64,000 nucleotides of DNA from Lytechinus pictus (taxonomy: Eukaryota), in assembly GCF_037042905.1 (NCBI RefSeq), contig NC_087252.1, forward strand, positions 1,986,001 through 2,050,000. The letters are read 5' to 3'. The notes beneath the pieces were generated by a model. The model ran no database searches and was not told the DNA's origin. It was given only the letters and a program-made list of their open reading frames with translations. Below, piece after piece: positions 38,301 to 48,815 of this stretch (position 1 is its first letter; each line of letters begins with the position of its first letter). Position numbers and translations under genes: made by a program.

Positions 38301-41300
38301 CCTCAATAATGTAAATCATTACCTTCACACTGCTCTGTGGCTATGTTCGAAAGATCGTTAATCCTCAATTACTGTTTATTTCTTGCACGTGCTTAGTTAT
38401 ATTGGCTTTAATATTGCGCCGTGGATTTTCCCGGCATATTTCGAATAAAGTTTTATATCAATTATCGCGTTAGTCTACAATAAGAAATGGATTAATAAAT
38501 ATGCCAATCAATAACTGCACAAACCAATATATTCAATGTTCATACCCGTTGTTGTCGTGCCATCAAAAGTGTTCTGCCGAAAACACGCAAGACGTTTCAA
38601 CCGAAGAAACACTGCAATCGCTCCAAGAAGAATAAGGACGAACAGTGGAACAACTGCAGATCATCAGTGCGTTGAAAATGATTTAGAGAGGAAAGAAAGT
38701 TTTAATCAGCCAGACAAGTCAATAAAAGGTTCGTAAAATATTAGCTGAAATTTTTTTTATCAAAGAACATACATACAAATACCATCACGCACATACACAT
38801 GCTATAAGTTCCCTTTTTCCAATTGCCTTTTTTAACGGAACTGTTTTGAAGTAATAATTTGGCATGAATGTTACGGCAACCATTTACTTATATGGTGTTA
38901 GCACTCGATTTCTCCAACGTCACGTAATCTAAAGGTTTCAAAAATTACAAGGGAAATCCTGAGGGACATATGAGGACATTTCTCGATTGCCTGACATTCA
39001 AACATTTTTTAACAGTTTATTGAGCTCGGTTAAAATATTGTCACCATTCTTACATTTTCATGCTAAAATCCACTATTCATTTTCAAAATGAGGTTTTTTT
39101 TTCAGCAAATGTTTCCTCTCATATAGGAGGTTGTAGCCATATCATGGTTAGGTTGACACGATTTACGACTCATGCAAAATGCTTTAATATACCTTGGCCT
39201 TTGATAGGTGACGATTATGCCTAAACATGCATGTGCTATAGAGGGGCCCGGGAATGGGGTATTTTCACCAAAAGGGTCGACCACCGATATATTTTTCTTT
39301 GTTTTATTCTAAATTTGTGAGTTGAACATGACTACTTTAGTCAAAAAAAATATTTGGTTTTCTGAAGCATCCCCCAGTAAAGCATTCACGAACGAGGCGT
39401 CATGAAAAAAGAAACAACCAATTAATGAAACAGTCGACACTTCATTCACACACAGCCAACAGCCGCGCACACATTTATCAACAACTTTAAGACCGTAAGA
39501 ATAGAAATGCACCAAGAAATATTGCATATCATTGAATACAAACATAGACCTACTTGTTTGCATTGAAAATTTCCCCTGGAATAGGCGCTTGATATAGTAG
39601 TAATATCTTATGTTTTCTTTTGAGATTGTTTTATAATTTCTGTAAAGAAATAAAGTAACGAAAATTACCAATTTTAGCTGCACGGTTACCAGTTCTTTCT
39701 TCTTTCGTAATATCAACAGTTGTGAATGCTCTACTCGTTCCTGTAACCGAGGGCATTCCAGTCGATGACTCCACGAAGATCGTTGCGGCTTGCTGTTCTC
39801 CTGTCCCAGGAATATTAGAAGCAACACAAATGTATTGAGTTTGACTTGGTTGGGCTTCAATGGAAATAGACTTATTTTTCGTCCCGTCATCATTACCCCA
39901 TTCCTTGGCAACAGCATTCATCTTCTGAGAACCATGCAAGAAGAAAAGGTCTATCTGTGGATAGTAATTCGTCACTGAGCAAGTTAAGACGATGGTTGTA
40001 TTAGTCAGGACACGACATGATGGCTCTGTTGTATTTAGGCCAGGTGATACTGTATCAGTACACTGGTTGATAGTTGGAAATGGTTCTTGTGGTGGAGCTG
40101 AAAGAAAGAGGCAAGGCAAGGTGAAGGTCACATGGCAATTTCAAGTTATAATGAACATAACTTGTTTGCACAAACAACGTCAAAGTGTTACTTTCCTATC
40201 TGAATAGATTTAGTGCTTTTCGGGTGATTATCATTCACGTTAATGAATTCCAAATGGATAACATCCTTTACAGGGATGATGTAAAGTGTCATGAGACTCA
40301 TTAATAAAACATCCAAGGTATCTTTGAAGCTTAGATCAATTTGAAAGAAAAAAAACTTCCCATTAGGATAATTAGGATAATTAGGAATACAATTTATGTA
40401 GGGCATAAACTCCAGTGGTGGTTACGATTAACAATCTAAAAATCATCTTGAACAGCATCCAATGAAATGACACCCGAAATGCATTATAACAAATGAAAAA
40501 AATAAAAATAAACACGTGCCAAATTATCGTAGAGGAAAATGTATAATTGCTGAGAAATTGACCAACAACCATGTCATTTGAGTTGGATGTATGGAAAAGG
40601 AAAAACAGATCTAGATGTTTATGATGAAATTAATCTTGACTTTATAAAGACTTTCTGATGGAGAATTTAATTCGCTACATTATCACGAATATCGCCCTAC
40701 TCTTACCATAGATCTTCACATCGGTTTGGTTGTACATCAGGATACCAAGGTAGTTCGATACCCGGCATATGTATCGACCTTCATCTTCTATCCGGGCATC
40801 TCTGATGGTCAGTGAATAGTTCGAAGCCATGTCACACCGGCTGTCCTGGGTACATAGTCCGGTTGTTTTTCTCGTCCCTTCCATATTTACCCAGGTGAAA
40901 AGATTGTCCGCAGTTTCGAGTTCATCGCCTTTCTTCCAGTAGACAGCAACGGGCACTCGGTAAAACTCACATTTTAGAACGATATCGTCCCCTTTTTTGA
41001 TGGCTTTGTTGAGATCCGTGAAAACGCGGCCGTCTGGTACATCTCCAGCAACACCTTTGAAATTCATATGAATATGAGTACCTTATTTAAAAACTTATTT
41101 GATAACAATTTAAAATTAGTAAAAGAAGACCGAGAGAGGGAGAGATTAATCGGCATGCCCCGCCCCCACCCAACCAACCAACAAATTGGTTTGTTATTCC
41201 CTACGATAAAACATAAATGACTAGGTCACACACACACACATACACACCCTCACACACATGCACACTTTTCAAACCCACGCGCCTACCATCACTCTGTCTC

Positions 41301-41749
41301 ACACGCACACACACAGTCCAGACCCACACCACCCCGAAAACAGAGACCAACACAAAAATGTGCATATACCTACATACACACCCATCGAACCACAGACACG
41401 CCCGCCCACCCCACCCAATACACATGAATATAAATGCTCCACCACATGATAATTATGTATGACCTCCTTGGACGACAATTCCCTATACTTTCCAAAGAAT
41501 ACGTTAAAATGTCCCAGCTTATAGAACATGGGGGGAAGAAACACACAATGCTCAGGGTTAACTGCTTCATTCATGGTCTCCGATGAAGATTACTCTCAAA
41601 ACATTCCTACTGAACAGAGGAATATGCTTACTGTTAAAAACAATAAGAATGTTAATCTACATAAATTATAAATACTTACACCATATAGAGCATGAGAATA
41701 GGAGACACCCCACGCCTAAAGAGAGTAATGATTTCCGTTTATCGTCCAT
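20371..41749 (-). CDS. Gene B: complete Ig(V)-Ig(C1-like)-TM receptor with ~9 tandem death-fold-like domains, ~1302 aa (1315 with two optional micro-exons)
   Basis: Exons 41749-41680, 41054-40707, 40097-39669, 38653-38546, [38340-38323], [38186-38166], 37994-37929, 37282-37040, 35832-35554, 35354-35118, 34412-34131, 33816-33553, 31920-31834, 30715-30473, 29759-29481, 29007-28774, 28385-28122, 23737-23486, 20594-20371(TAA). All AG/GT, all phase 1, every internal exon a multiple of 3. Confidence 0.85.
20704..22089. mobile_element. Non-autonomous hAT-like element rich in gcgcgaagcgcg
   Basis: TIR ..cgcgtagccag / ctggctacgcgcctg; 8-bp TSD ttttctta (20696-20703, 22090-22097); empty site near 54813. 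Confidence 0.85.
22298..23093. mobile_element. Kolobok-like non-autonomous element
   Basis: TTAA|aggaatgctccaggctga ... tcagcccggagcatccct|TTAA; counterpart at ~55370-55970 with a partial tandem duplicate from ~54987. Confidence 0.78.
23486..23737 (-). CDS. Gene B last death-like unit (type g)
   Basis: MKLAQILDIP...VLETW...LSNRLLKAGFKELA; 252 nt; intact copy in C. Confidence 0.78.
23925..27252. mobile_element. Foldback-type element, 3328 bp, ~1 kb inverted arms, 8-bp TSD
   Basis: ggcttattataatcactcggg ... cccgagtgattataataagcc; arms ~23925-24936 and ~26318-27252; ggtcaggt at 23917-23924 and 27253-27260; single ggtcaggt at the empty site near 56783. Confidence 0.92.
27253..27916. mobile_element. 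MITE whose end was the foldback target; copy at ~56781-57393
   Basis: gtcaggtgcataaaaaagtagcaa ... ttgccatttttttatgcatctgac. Confidence 0.7.
28122..28385 (-). CDS. Gene B helix plus acidic linker exon
   Basis: GTYLGDCSKNAAVFQELINNI...EHIKLNSG|GTAGGA; 264 nt, same length in C; unspliced frame runs on to TAA at 28075. Confidence 0.68.
28774..29007 (-). CDS. Gene B death-like unit, type f
   Basis: GHETSLAD...RDWKF...LADAIYPV...ILFG|GTAAGT; 234 nt. Confidence 0.8.
29297..29333. repeat. (GA)n microsatellite
   Basis: Direct reading. Confidence 0.9.
29481..29759 (-). CDS. Gene B death domain, type e
   Basis: ELLDIAFRLLLEDVYPLAKALDIS...LREVLSKIGYKDIA; 279 nt. Confidence 0.82.
30473..30715 (-). 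CDS. Gene B death-like unit, type d
   Basis: INDEVLRIAACL...GWMTK...KLREKLKSAK; 243 nt. Confidence 0.75.
31834..31920 (-). CDS. Gene B linker exon
   Basis: DELWKDLNPGRDLGIQHGRRSSGHLKHVKG; 87 nt, phase 1-1; ends KHVKG vs KHAEG in A. Confidence 0.65.
32060..33240. mobile_element. Decayed DNA element with ~300 bp imperfect inverted repeats
   Basis: atctgactgcaggaa...caaactccatagcagtg mirrored by cactgctatggagtttt...ttcctgcagtcagat. Confidence 0.65.
33553..33816 (-). CDS. Gene B death domain, type c
   Basis: FTDRLTSRH...AMVNDW...LREALDSIGRQDI; 264 nt; splice sites weaker (caag acceptor, GTCATA donor). Confidence 0.75.
34131..34412 (-). CDS. Gene B death-like unit b2
   Basis: EHILW...VEW...DENPIILLSHALEKTEC; 282 nt. 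Confidence 0.8.
35118..35354 (-). CDS. Gene B death-like unit a2
   Basis: MISFPELW...LCDWK...LLDALTKANF; 237 nt. Confidence 0.8.
35554..35832 (-). CDS. Gene B death-like unit b1
   Basis: EQII...MEW...ENPNAVLSLALAKSGC; 279 nt. Confidence 0.8.
36167..36920. mobile_element. TTAA-flanked (Kolobok-like) element with internal inverted arrays of ~50-55 bp repeats
   Basis: TTAA|aagtgccacc ... ggtggcactt|TTAA; unit gatgtagacatgacgagatccaagatcttgtcatctgatcat. Confidence 0.8.
37040..37282 (-). CDS. Gene B death-like unit a1
   Basis: EISFYELW...LCKWK...LQSALQNANF; 243 nt. Confidence 0.8.
37929..37994 (-). CDS. Gene B juxtamembrane exon
   Basis: DRTIARNDGQESIPMIEQAHIDG; tttag/GTAAGA; 66 nt. Confidence 0.72.
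38546..38653 (-). CDS. Gene B transmembrane exon
   Basis: VVPLFVLILLGAIAVFL then RLKR; tgcag/GTATGA; 108 nt. Confidence 0.85.
39669..40097 (-). CDS. Gene B Ig C1-like domain plus stalk exon
   Basis: LTCSVTNYYP...NDDGT...YICVAS; 429 nt. Confidence 0.88.
40707..41054 (-). CDS. Gene B Ig V-type domain exon
   Basis: VLKC...VYWKKG...YSLTIRDARIEDEGRYICRV; 348 nt. Confidence 0.92.
41680..41749 (-). CDS. Gene B exon 1, signal peptide
   Basis: caaaATG; MDDKRKSLLSLGVGCLLFSCSIW then T|GTAAGT, phase 1. Confidence 0.75.
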
Positions 41750-43029
41750 TTTGAAGACCTTCCATTACGCGGCGAAAATAATCTGCGGTTACGAGTCGAT
41801 AACGCCCAAAAGTTAATATTTACCAACACTGTTAGCTATCGCGTCATTAATCATGATACTTTGATCATTTTGTCCCATATTTCATATTCATTGGTAATCA
41901 AATGTATGGTTTCATTAGGCGCGTAAATGATTTTCTAAGAATGAAATTTACCCTCATATAGAGAGGCCAAAATAAATGGCGAGAGAAAACTTGCGGAAAA
42001 TTCTTTTTACTGTTACATTATGCTTGTGGAGGTATTTCTCGGTTTTAGTGATGTATTGAGGACTTAAGACACGAATAAACGAAAATAATGGAATATGTAA
42101 AAGTAATATTCATTTCAAAATACGTTCTTTAAATGATAATGCATAGCAATGGCGCAATGAGCCAAAAATTACGAATCGTCAGATATGGTGTATCGGGCAA
42201 AATTTTTAAAAAGCTGTTTAATTGAACAAAATTTTCAAGAATTTTTATTAAAAAAAGAAAATCAAATTTTACGATAGATTTTATACATAATATTCACTTT
42301 CCTTTTCCTTTTTTTTTCTTGGTCGTGATCTCTTTTTTTTGTCTTGTCTTTTTTTTTTGGTGAGGGGGGGGGGGGGGGAGCGCGTCCAAGCCCCCCTTGT
42401 TTGCCTCATCACTCCACTGATTTCTGGCTTAGAAAAAGACGAAACACAAGGCTAAAAAAAAGTTATTACCCACATTCACGTCAAGTTCAAGTAGAAGCAG
42501 ACCATGGCCCTGGGAAGCGGGGGGTACTGTGCATCCCCTTTTTTCTTTGGGGTGCTGTATGTGTTGTTTTCCATAGGCTGCACGCCCTTCAAAGCTGACA
42601 AGTATGATAAATAACAGAAATGTAATGAAAATGAACGACGTTTTGTAGACCCCCCCCCCCATTCACAACTTCCTTACACAGTGTTAAAAAGTGTATTCAA
42701 AATGCCCATATTTTAGGTCTAAATCTAAACACGGGCTTCACATACGTAGGTGGCAAAGTCAGCTGCGCAAAGCCCTCCAAGATCTTTCAACAGGTGTTCA
42801 ATGACCGATCTTGCAGCTGCAGGATCCCAGCTAAAACACCTGCAATCGGAACTGAACTCTTGCGAGATCTTTCACATGATGATAAATCCTGGAGCTGGAG
42901 ACTTGATCCTGGTCAAAACTTATGTAGGATCGAGTCATGATAGATCAATCATACAGGATCCAGGCCAACATGCCTAGAAATGGAACTGACAGATCAAATC
43001 AACTTCTGCAGGATCGAGTCATGATAGAT

Positions 43030-44140
43030 CCCTGGGGGCCACTTACATTGACGAGTGGATACCATGCGCGACTCAAAAAACACGTAAATAATGAAAAAAT
43101 GATATCTATTTTCGCTAGGAAAGCTACGTGTTTAGGGTCACATTTGCGAGGGTGTAAAAAAGTAAAACTAAAATGTTTTATAAAGGATGTTCTTTTGCCC
43201 CAAGAGTCAACACTACGTGTTTAGAGTACGATTTGCGCGAGATGTGGGAGGTGGGGCTGACTAAACCCAATGATGTACATGTTGTAGGTGAAGGTAAAAC
43301 CGACGACCGACATCCGTGACATAACAATAAAAATATCACTGTACGTGTTTAGGGGGTCAATTCAGGGAACTTGCCAAGAGTATCGAATTGTTTCCAATAC
43401 TTGTTAAAGGTCAAATCCACCTTAGAGAAATATTGATTTGAATCAATAGAGAAAAATCAGACAAGCATAATGATGAAAATTTGATCAAAATCTGATGTAA
43501 AATAAGAAGGCTATGACATTTTAAAGTTTCGCTTATTTTTCACAAAATAGTTATTTATGCACAAATTAGTCAGATGCAAATGAAAGAATCAGTTATGTCC
43601 TTCACTCACTATTTCTTTTGTTTTGTATTGCTTGAATTATACAATATTTCAATTTTTACAGATTCGACAATAAGAACCAACTTGACTGAACCATAAAATG
43701 TTGAACATTGGTAATTCTACATGTTCAGGGAGAAATAAAACTTTGTGTCACAGGACAATGAAGAGAAAATTAGAATATTTCATACAATAAAATACAAAAT
43801 AAATAGTGAGTGATGCCATCAGTTTCCTTATTTGCATATCGACCGGTATATGCATATAACTGTTTTGTGAAATTAAGGGAAAGTTAAAAATGTCATAACT
43901 TTTCTCATTTTACATCCGATTTTGATTAAATTGTCAGTGTTATGCATGTTGGATTTTTCTCTTTTTATTCAAATCAACTTTTTGTTGGGGTGGACTTGTC
44001 CTTTAAGGGTAGGGTTTCACACGCCCATACTTGTTAAGGGGTGCATTTTCAGAAAATGGAAAATACGTGTTTAGGGTGCTTCTCGAGACCCCATGGTCGC
44101 GCATGGTATCCACTTGTCAATGGAAGTGCCCCCCCCCATG
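43030..44140. mobile_element. MITE hosting a nested Kolobok-like element
   Basis: TIR ccacttacattgacgagtggataccatgcgcgac / gtcgcgcatggtatccacttgtcaatggaagtg. Confidence 0.75.
43408..44002. mobile_element. Kolobok-like non-autonomous element
   Basis: TTAA|aggtcaaatccacc ... ggtggacttgtcct|TTAA; related fragment at ~2018-2240. Confidence 0.8.
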
Positions 44141-45834
44141 GGGATTGATCAATCATATAGCTGCAAGATCCAGGCCAACACGCCTGGAAACGGAACAGAA
44201 TGGTCCATATTAACTCTAACAGATCTTTCACGTCATGACTGCTCCTGGAGCTGCGCACTCAGGATTGATCCAAGTAAAAGCACCTGGAGACGGAACTAAC
44301 ATGTCAAAATCAACTGCTGCACGTGGCATTAGGTCCGGGAACGGAATGGTGAGCTACCTGTATTATGATCTTCATTGCAGGCTACAGAAAGAAGTGGGTA
44401 AACCAAAGCAGAGTGTAATGGTTTTAAAGAGAGCAACTAATTAACAAGGGATACAGTGGTATCCAAGCACTCATTTGAAAATTACCTTATGGCGAGAATT
44501 TGGTGTTTGAAATAATTTCAAACTTAGTTGACTCAATCAATTATTGGCCGTCATTCATCTCTCCAAGATCAGAGATATTTAGGTTGTAAGCATACATGAC
44601 CTCCTGGTGAGCTCTTGTAACCGTTCTTCTACAAGAGTGACCTCTTGTTAAATGTTGATTTTATGAAATTCTTTCCAAGGGCATTTGTAGGTATTATACA
44701 GGATCTTAAAGGATATTCCTAGGGCCCCTCTTGAAAAATACATAGTCAAAAATCTCCAGAATGTCAACGGTTTCTAGACTTTTAATGCTCGATGATGCAA
44801 ATGTCGATTAATTCTACCTCCACTGTCAATCACTCAGATAATTAAACATGAAATCTATCATCATCCAATGATAGTACGTACAATTAAAAAAAACAATGAT
44901 TTTACAGAAAAAAAGAAAGAAGATTTTGCAAAAAGCAATAACAGAATCATTCTGTAAATTCATAAAACAGGAATTTTTCTGCAACTTAACAGAACAGGTC
45001 TGTTTAAAAAGGGGAAAAGGGTGTTTTATCAAAGGAAATTTGTAAGGTTCTATACACCAAATACCAATTTCCTGTAAGATTACGCAATCTGGTAAGATTA
45101 CAGGTGTTCTCGAGACTCTGCTGCAGGAACTTATTTTATTTTAAGGATAAATTTTCTTACAGTGTAACTAAACCCCTCAAAAAAAAGTTTGGAAATCTGT
45201 ATTTGGCCATTAATTTCTCCCAATGTTGATGTTAAGGTGCATGAAAATAATTAAAAGAAACCGCTGAGAAACTCACTCATCACCACTGAAAAAAGAACAG
45301 TGAATTTCAATATTGTGTCATTTTGCAACTTTTGAATTTTGACCTACATTTCAAGACACTGCACCTCCAGTGAACGATAATCACATCATGTAGGTTAATG
45401 TGGAAAAATAGCAACCGTTGCTATGGTGCTCAATGGGTCTACATGGAAACATTCATCACATGAAAAATCTATTTCTGATCTATTCTGAGTAAATTATATT
45501 GAACATATTGATCTGAACTATGATAAAAGATTTGTTGCTATGGAAAACGGTCCCTTAGTAACCGTAGCTATGAATGAATGGATTAAAACTGTTGTGATAC
45601 GAAGAAACATGCTTTATGATTAAAATTTATTTAAAATATCGCTCATGAAAATGTTACTCAAGCCCAATCATGCTCAGTTACCAAGGGAAATATGTTACCT
45701 AGCAACCGTTGCTATATTTGGTAAACTCACGTTGGCACCCCCTGCTAAAATATTTTAGAATAACCTACTCTACCTTTGTGCCAATTTTCATGCTTGTACA
45801 ATTTTCTGAACATTTTTTCACCAATCATATATGT

Positions 45835-48815
45835 TTCATCTTTATTAATCAAAATAAGTTATACTTTCAACCCAGGTCCATGGCACAGAACTATAACAAT
45901 ATAATCATTGTGCCATTGGCAGGGTGTAATACATAGACAATACATACATGGCATACATACAATAATAATACCATACAAAGATACATACATGAAATAGAAA
46001 ATGAAACTTTTAAAGACCTAACTTGAACAAGAGATTACGTATTAATTCTATAACAATAAAAAGAAAGTATATTAATTCAATGATATTTCAACATATTAAG
46101 AATCGTGTATAAGTTATTCATTAAACAATAATATTACTTAATTTATAATAGGTTAAGATGTTGTAATAAGTTATATGGAGTGGAGTAGGCCTATTAAATT
46201 TACAATTGTATAAAATAGTTGAAATGTACAGGGATAATTTGTTTTGGAAATAATTATATCGGTATTATTAACGTATCGTAAATTAGACAAGAAAATTAAT
46301 GGTATATTTCATTGTTGCACATTCAAAATTTGATAAGCAGCTAGATATTAATATATAAACAAGGTTATGTTCTACGGCAAATGTATAACTACATTTATAC
46401 AGTTTATTTTTTTTATAATGATATTTCAACGTGGTAAGAATTATGTATGAGCTCTTCATTAAACAATAGTAATACTTAATGTATAATACATTAATTTTGT
46501 TTTCCTCATCAGCAATAAGACATGATACGATAGTTCCGTTCGAGACTAGCATATCGGACAGTCACCATTAGGTGATAGTACATTTTATATAAATTCAGGG
46601 GTGTCGCTTATTTCAAAATTAGTTGGTCCGGGATTGACATATACGCTATGTCGTTCCAGTGTGGTTAATTTCGTGCGTTGTAGATACCATAAGACGTTAC
46701 GAGAGCTAGTCTACTTAATGTCTGGCATATGTGTTTGATTTGATCTTTCAGGTTCTGTACATTGACCAATTGGAACATGGCTTTAAGCGTTGCTCTATTC
46801 TCTTCGGAAATGTGTCCTCGTGATCCTACTTCGAAACACCATAAAGTACATTTGTAACCAGAGTGCCTTAAGTCATTTACCAGGGGTGTGTACTTGTTCA
46901 CCTTGTACCGGTGACTATTGGTCATGTTCATCTCGAACGGAACTGTCAATTCGAATATGAATATTTCTTTTACTCTTGGCCGATATATTACTAAGTCTGG
47001 ACGGTCTGTTGTTGGTAATATGCTAACTGGTATAGTTGAGGCACTGGACAAATTACCTGTCAGGTCTACGTTTACGCACAATTCCCCCTGTGACACTAGC
47101 TCAGATAACGTTATTACTTGAAATATGTAGTTCAATATACTATCATGCCTCCATGTATATCGACCTTGAGTCAGCATTGTTTGACAGTGGTTCAGTACAC
47201 GGTGGAGGGTTTGTGTGTTGGAACACAGATCACATTTACCTGATAACCTCTTGCCCCATCTTTGAAGGTTTCGGAAAGTGGGTAGAGCATCAATAGGAGC
47301 CCTGACGGCGAAACTTAGTACCCTTCTTGGAAGATTGTAAATGATACTTTTCCAGGATATATCAGTATCTTGTTCATTTAGTAAATTCAAGTATTGACCT
47401 TGTACTACTAGTGTTTTAATTTTACTAGCCCATTTTCTGTCTCTCGCCTCTTTAACGTTGGATTTGACACCCTTTCTCAGCGTTTTCCAATTACTATCTT
47501 GCATTGAACTCATGACATTCTCGACAGTAACAGCCGCATTTACATTTCCATAGGATTTGTTGGTGTAAGTTAACTCGCGATCGAGTATTTGTTCTACGGC
47601 GGCCTGTACCCTAGGGTCTGCTCTTGTAAGACCATGTGCAATGCTCATACAGTGACATTCAAAATATACATCAGATAATTGTGGAATATCCAGTCCAGTT
47701 GGGATATGGATAATTGCAGATGTTGCACCACGTGAGGGAAATTCTAGCCACTTTTTCAAATATCTAGCATTGAGGGAATCTAGTTTGTACAATTGTGTTT
47801 TGGTAAGATCGTGCACTGTTAGGAGAAATTTTACAGAAGACAGAATGTATCTCTCGTAGATTTTGAGCTTTAATTCTGGTCTCACAAGAGTAGACTGCAC
47901 ATTATCTAGCATTTTTTCCAACTTGTTGTGAATGAGCTCATACGCCTCTTGGGATGTACCCTTAAAAGTAATATACGAGCCTAGAAACTTTTCTGGTGAA
48001 TCTTTGACATTCTCAGAACCTCTCCATTGATTGTGAAATTCACTTCCTTTGGTTTTCCACCCGAGATAGACATAGATTTACATTTGCTGATTTTAAGCAG
48101 AAAATTCATACTTTCCGTAATGTCGACAATTTCGTTAAGAAGTTTTTGATGTCTTATTTTGTCTGTTGTTATTAAAATAAAATCGTCTGCATATGGCAAG
48201 GTGATGTATTTTTGTCCATTGAGTGAATAACCATGCGTATTTTTCATATTGCTTAAGACGATCTATTATCGGGTTAAAAACCAAGATGAATATTATTGGA
48301 GAGAAAGGGTCACCCTGGAAAGTTCCTCTTGCAAAGCGGAACTTATCCGATCTCCAACCGGGCCCTTGTACATAACCCGAGAGACGACTATAAAGATTAT
48401 TCGCGTAGTCGACTTTAGAGGGCGGTATTCCGTTTCTCTCGAGTGTGTGTCGGATCATTTCGTGGCTAACGGACCCAAATGCATCTTTGAGATCAAAGAA
48501 AGTTATATGAGCCGTCCGCTTGACATGGCGGGCATGCGCAATAATTTCTCTGAGACACAAAGTATGATCGACACACCCACTTATTCCGGGCAAAAAAGCC
48601 TTCTGTGTTTCATTGTCAATAAGTTTGTTTTCGAGAAGATACTCGATTGTCCTATTTGCCAGAATTTGGTGGAATAGTTTAGAAACACATGATGTTAAGC
48701 TGATCATCCTAAAGTTCGAAGGGTCATTGGTTTCACCGCCTTTATGGATGAGAGTTATTCTGCGTTGGGACCAAGCTTCTGGGGGGTTTCCGAAGAGGAG
48801 CTGTTTTGAAAACAT
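45835..48815 (-). mobile_element. 5'-truncated, frameshifted non-LTR retrotransposon, RLE type (HERO-like)
   Basis: RT motifs NFRMISL, FFDLKDAF, GTFQGDPFSP, YADD split over three frames; C-terminal CDLC..H..C finger, GRYTWRHDSIL, RPDLVI, ELTVP endonuclease motifs; AT-rich 3' UTR with AATAAA near 45841. 3' boundary approximate. Confidence 0.88.

Noticed and set aside
1..41749. Assigning UNC5, TNFR or IL1R gene symbols
   Set aside because: No TSP1/ZU5, cysteine-rich TNFR repeat or TIR motifs seen.
42429..42662. Signal exon candidate for gene B
   Set aside because: Overlaps a repeat also seen near 17280; 41749-41680 fits much better.
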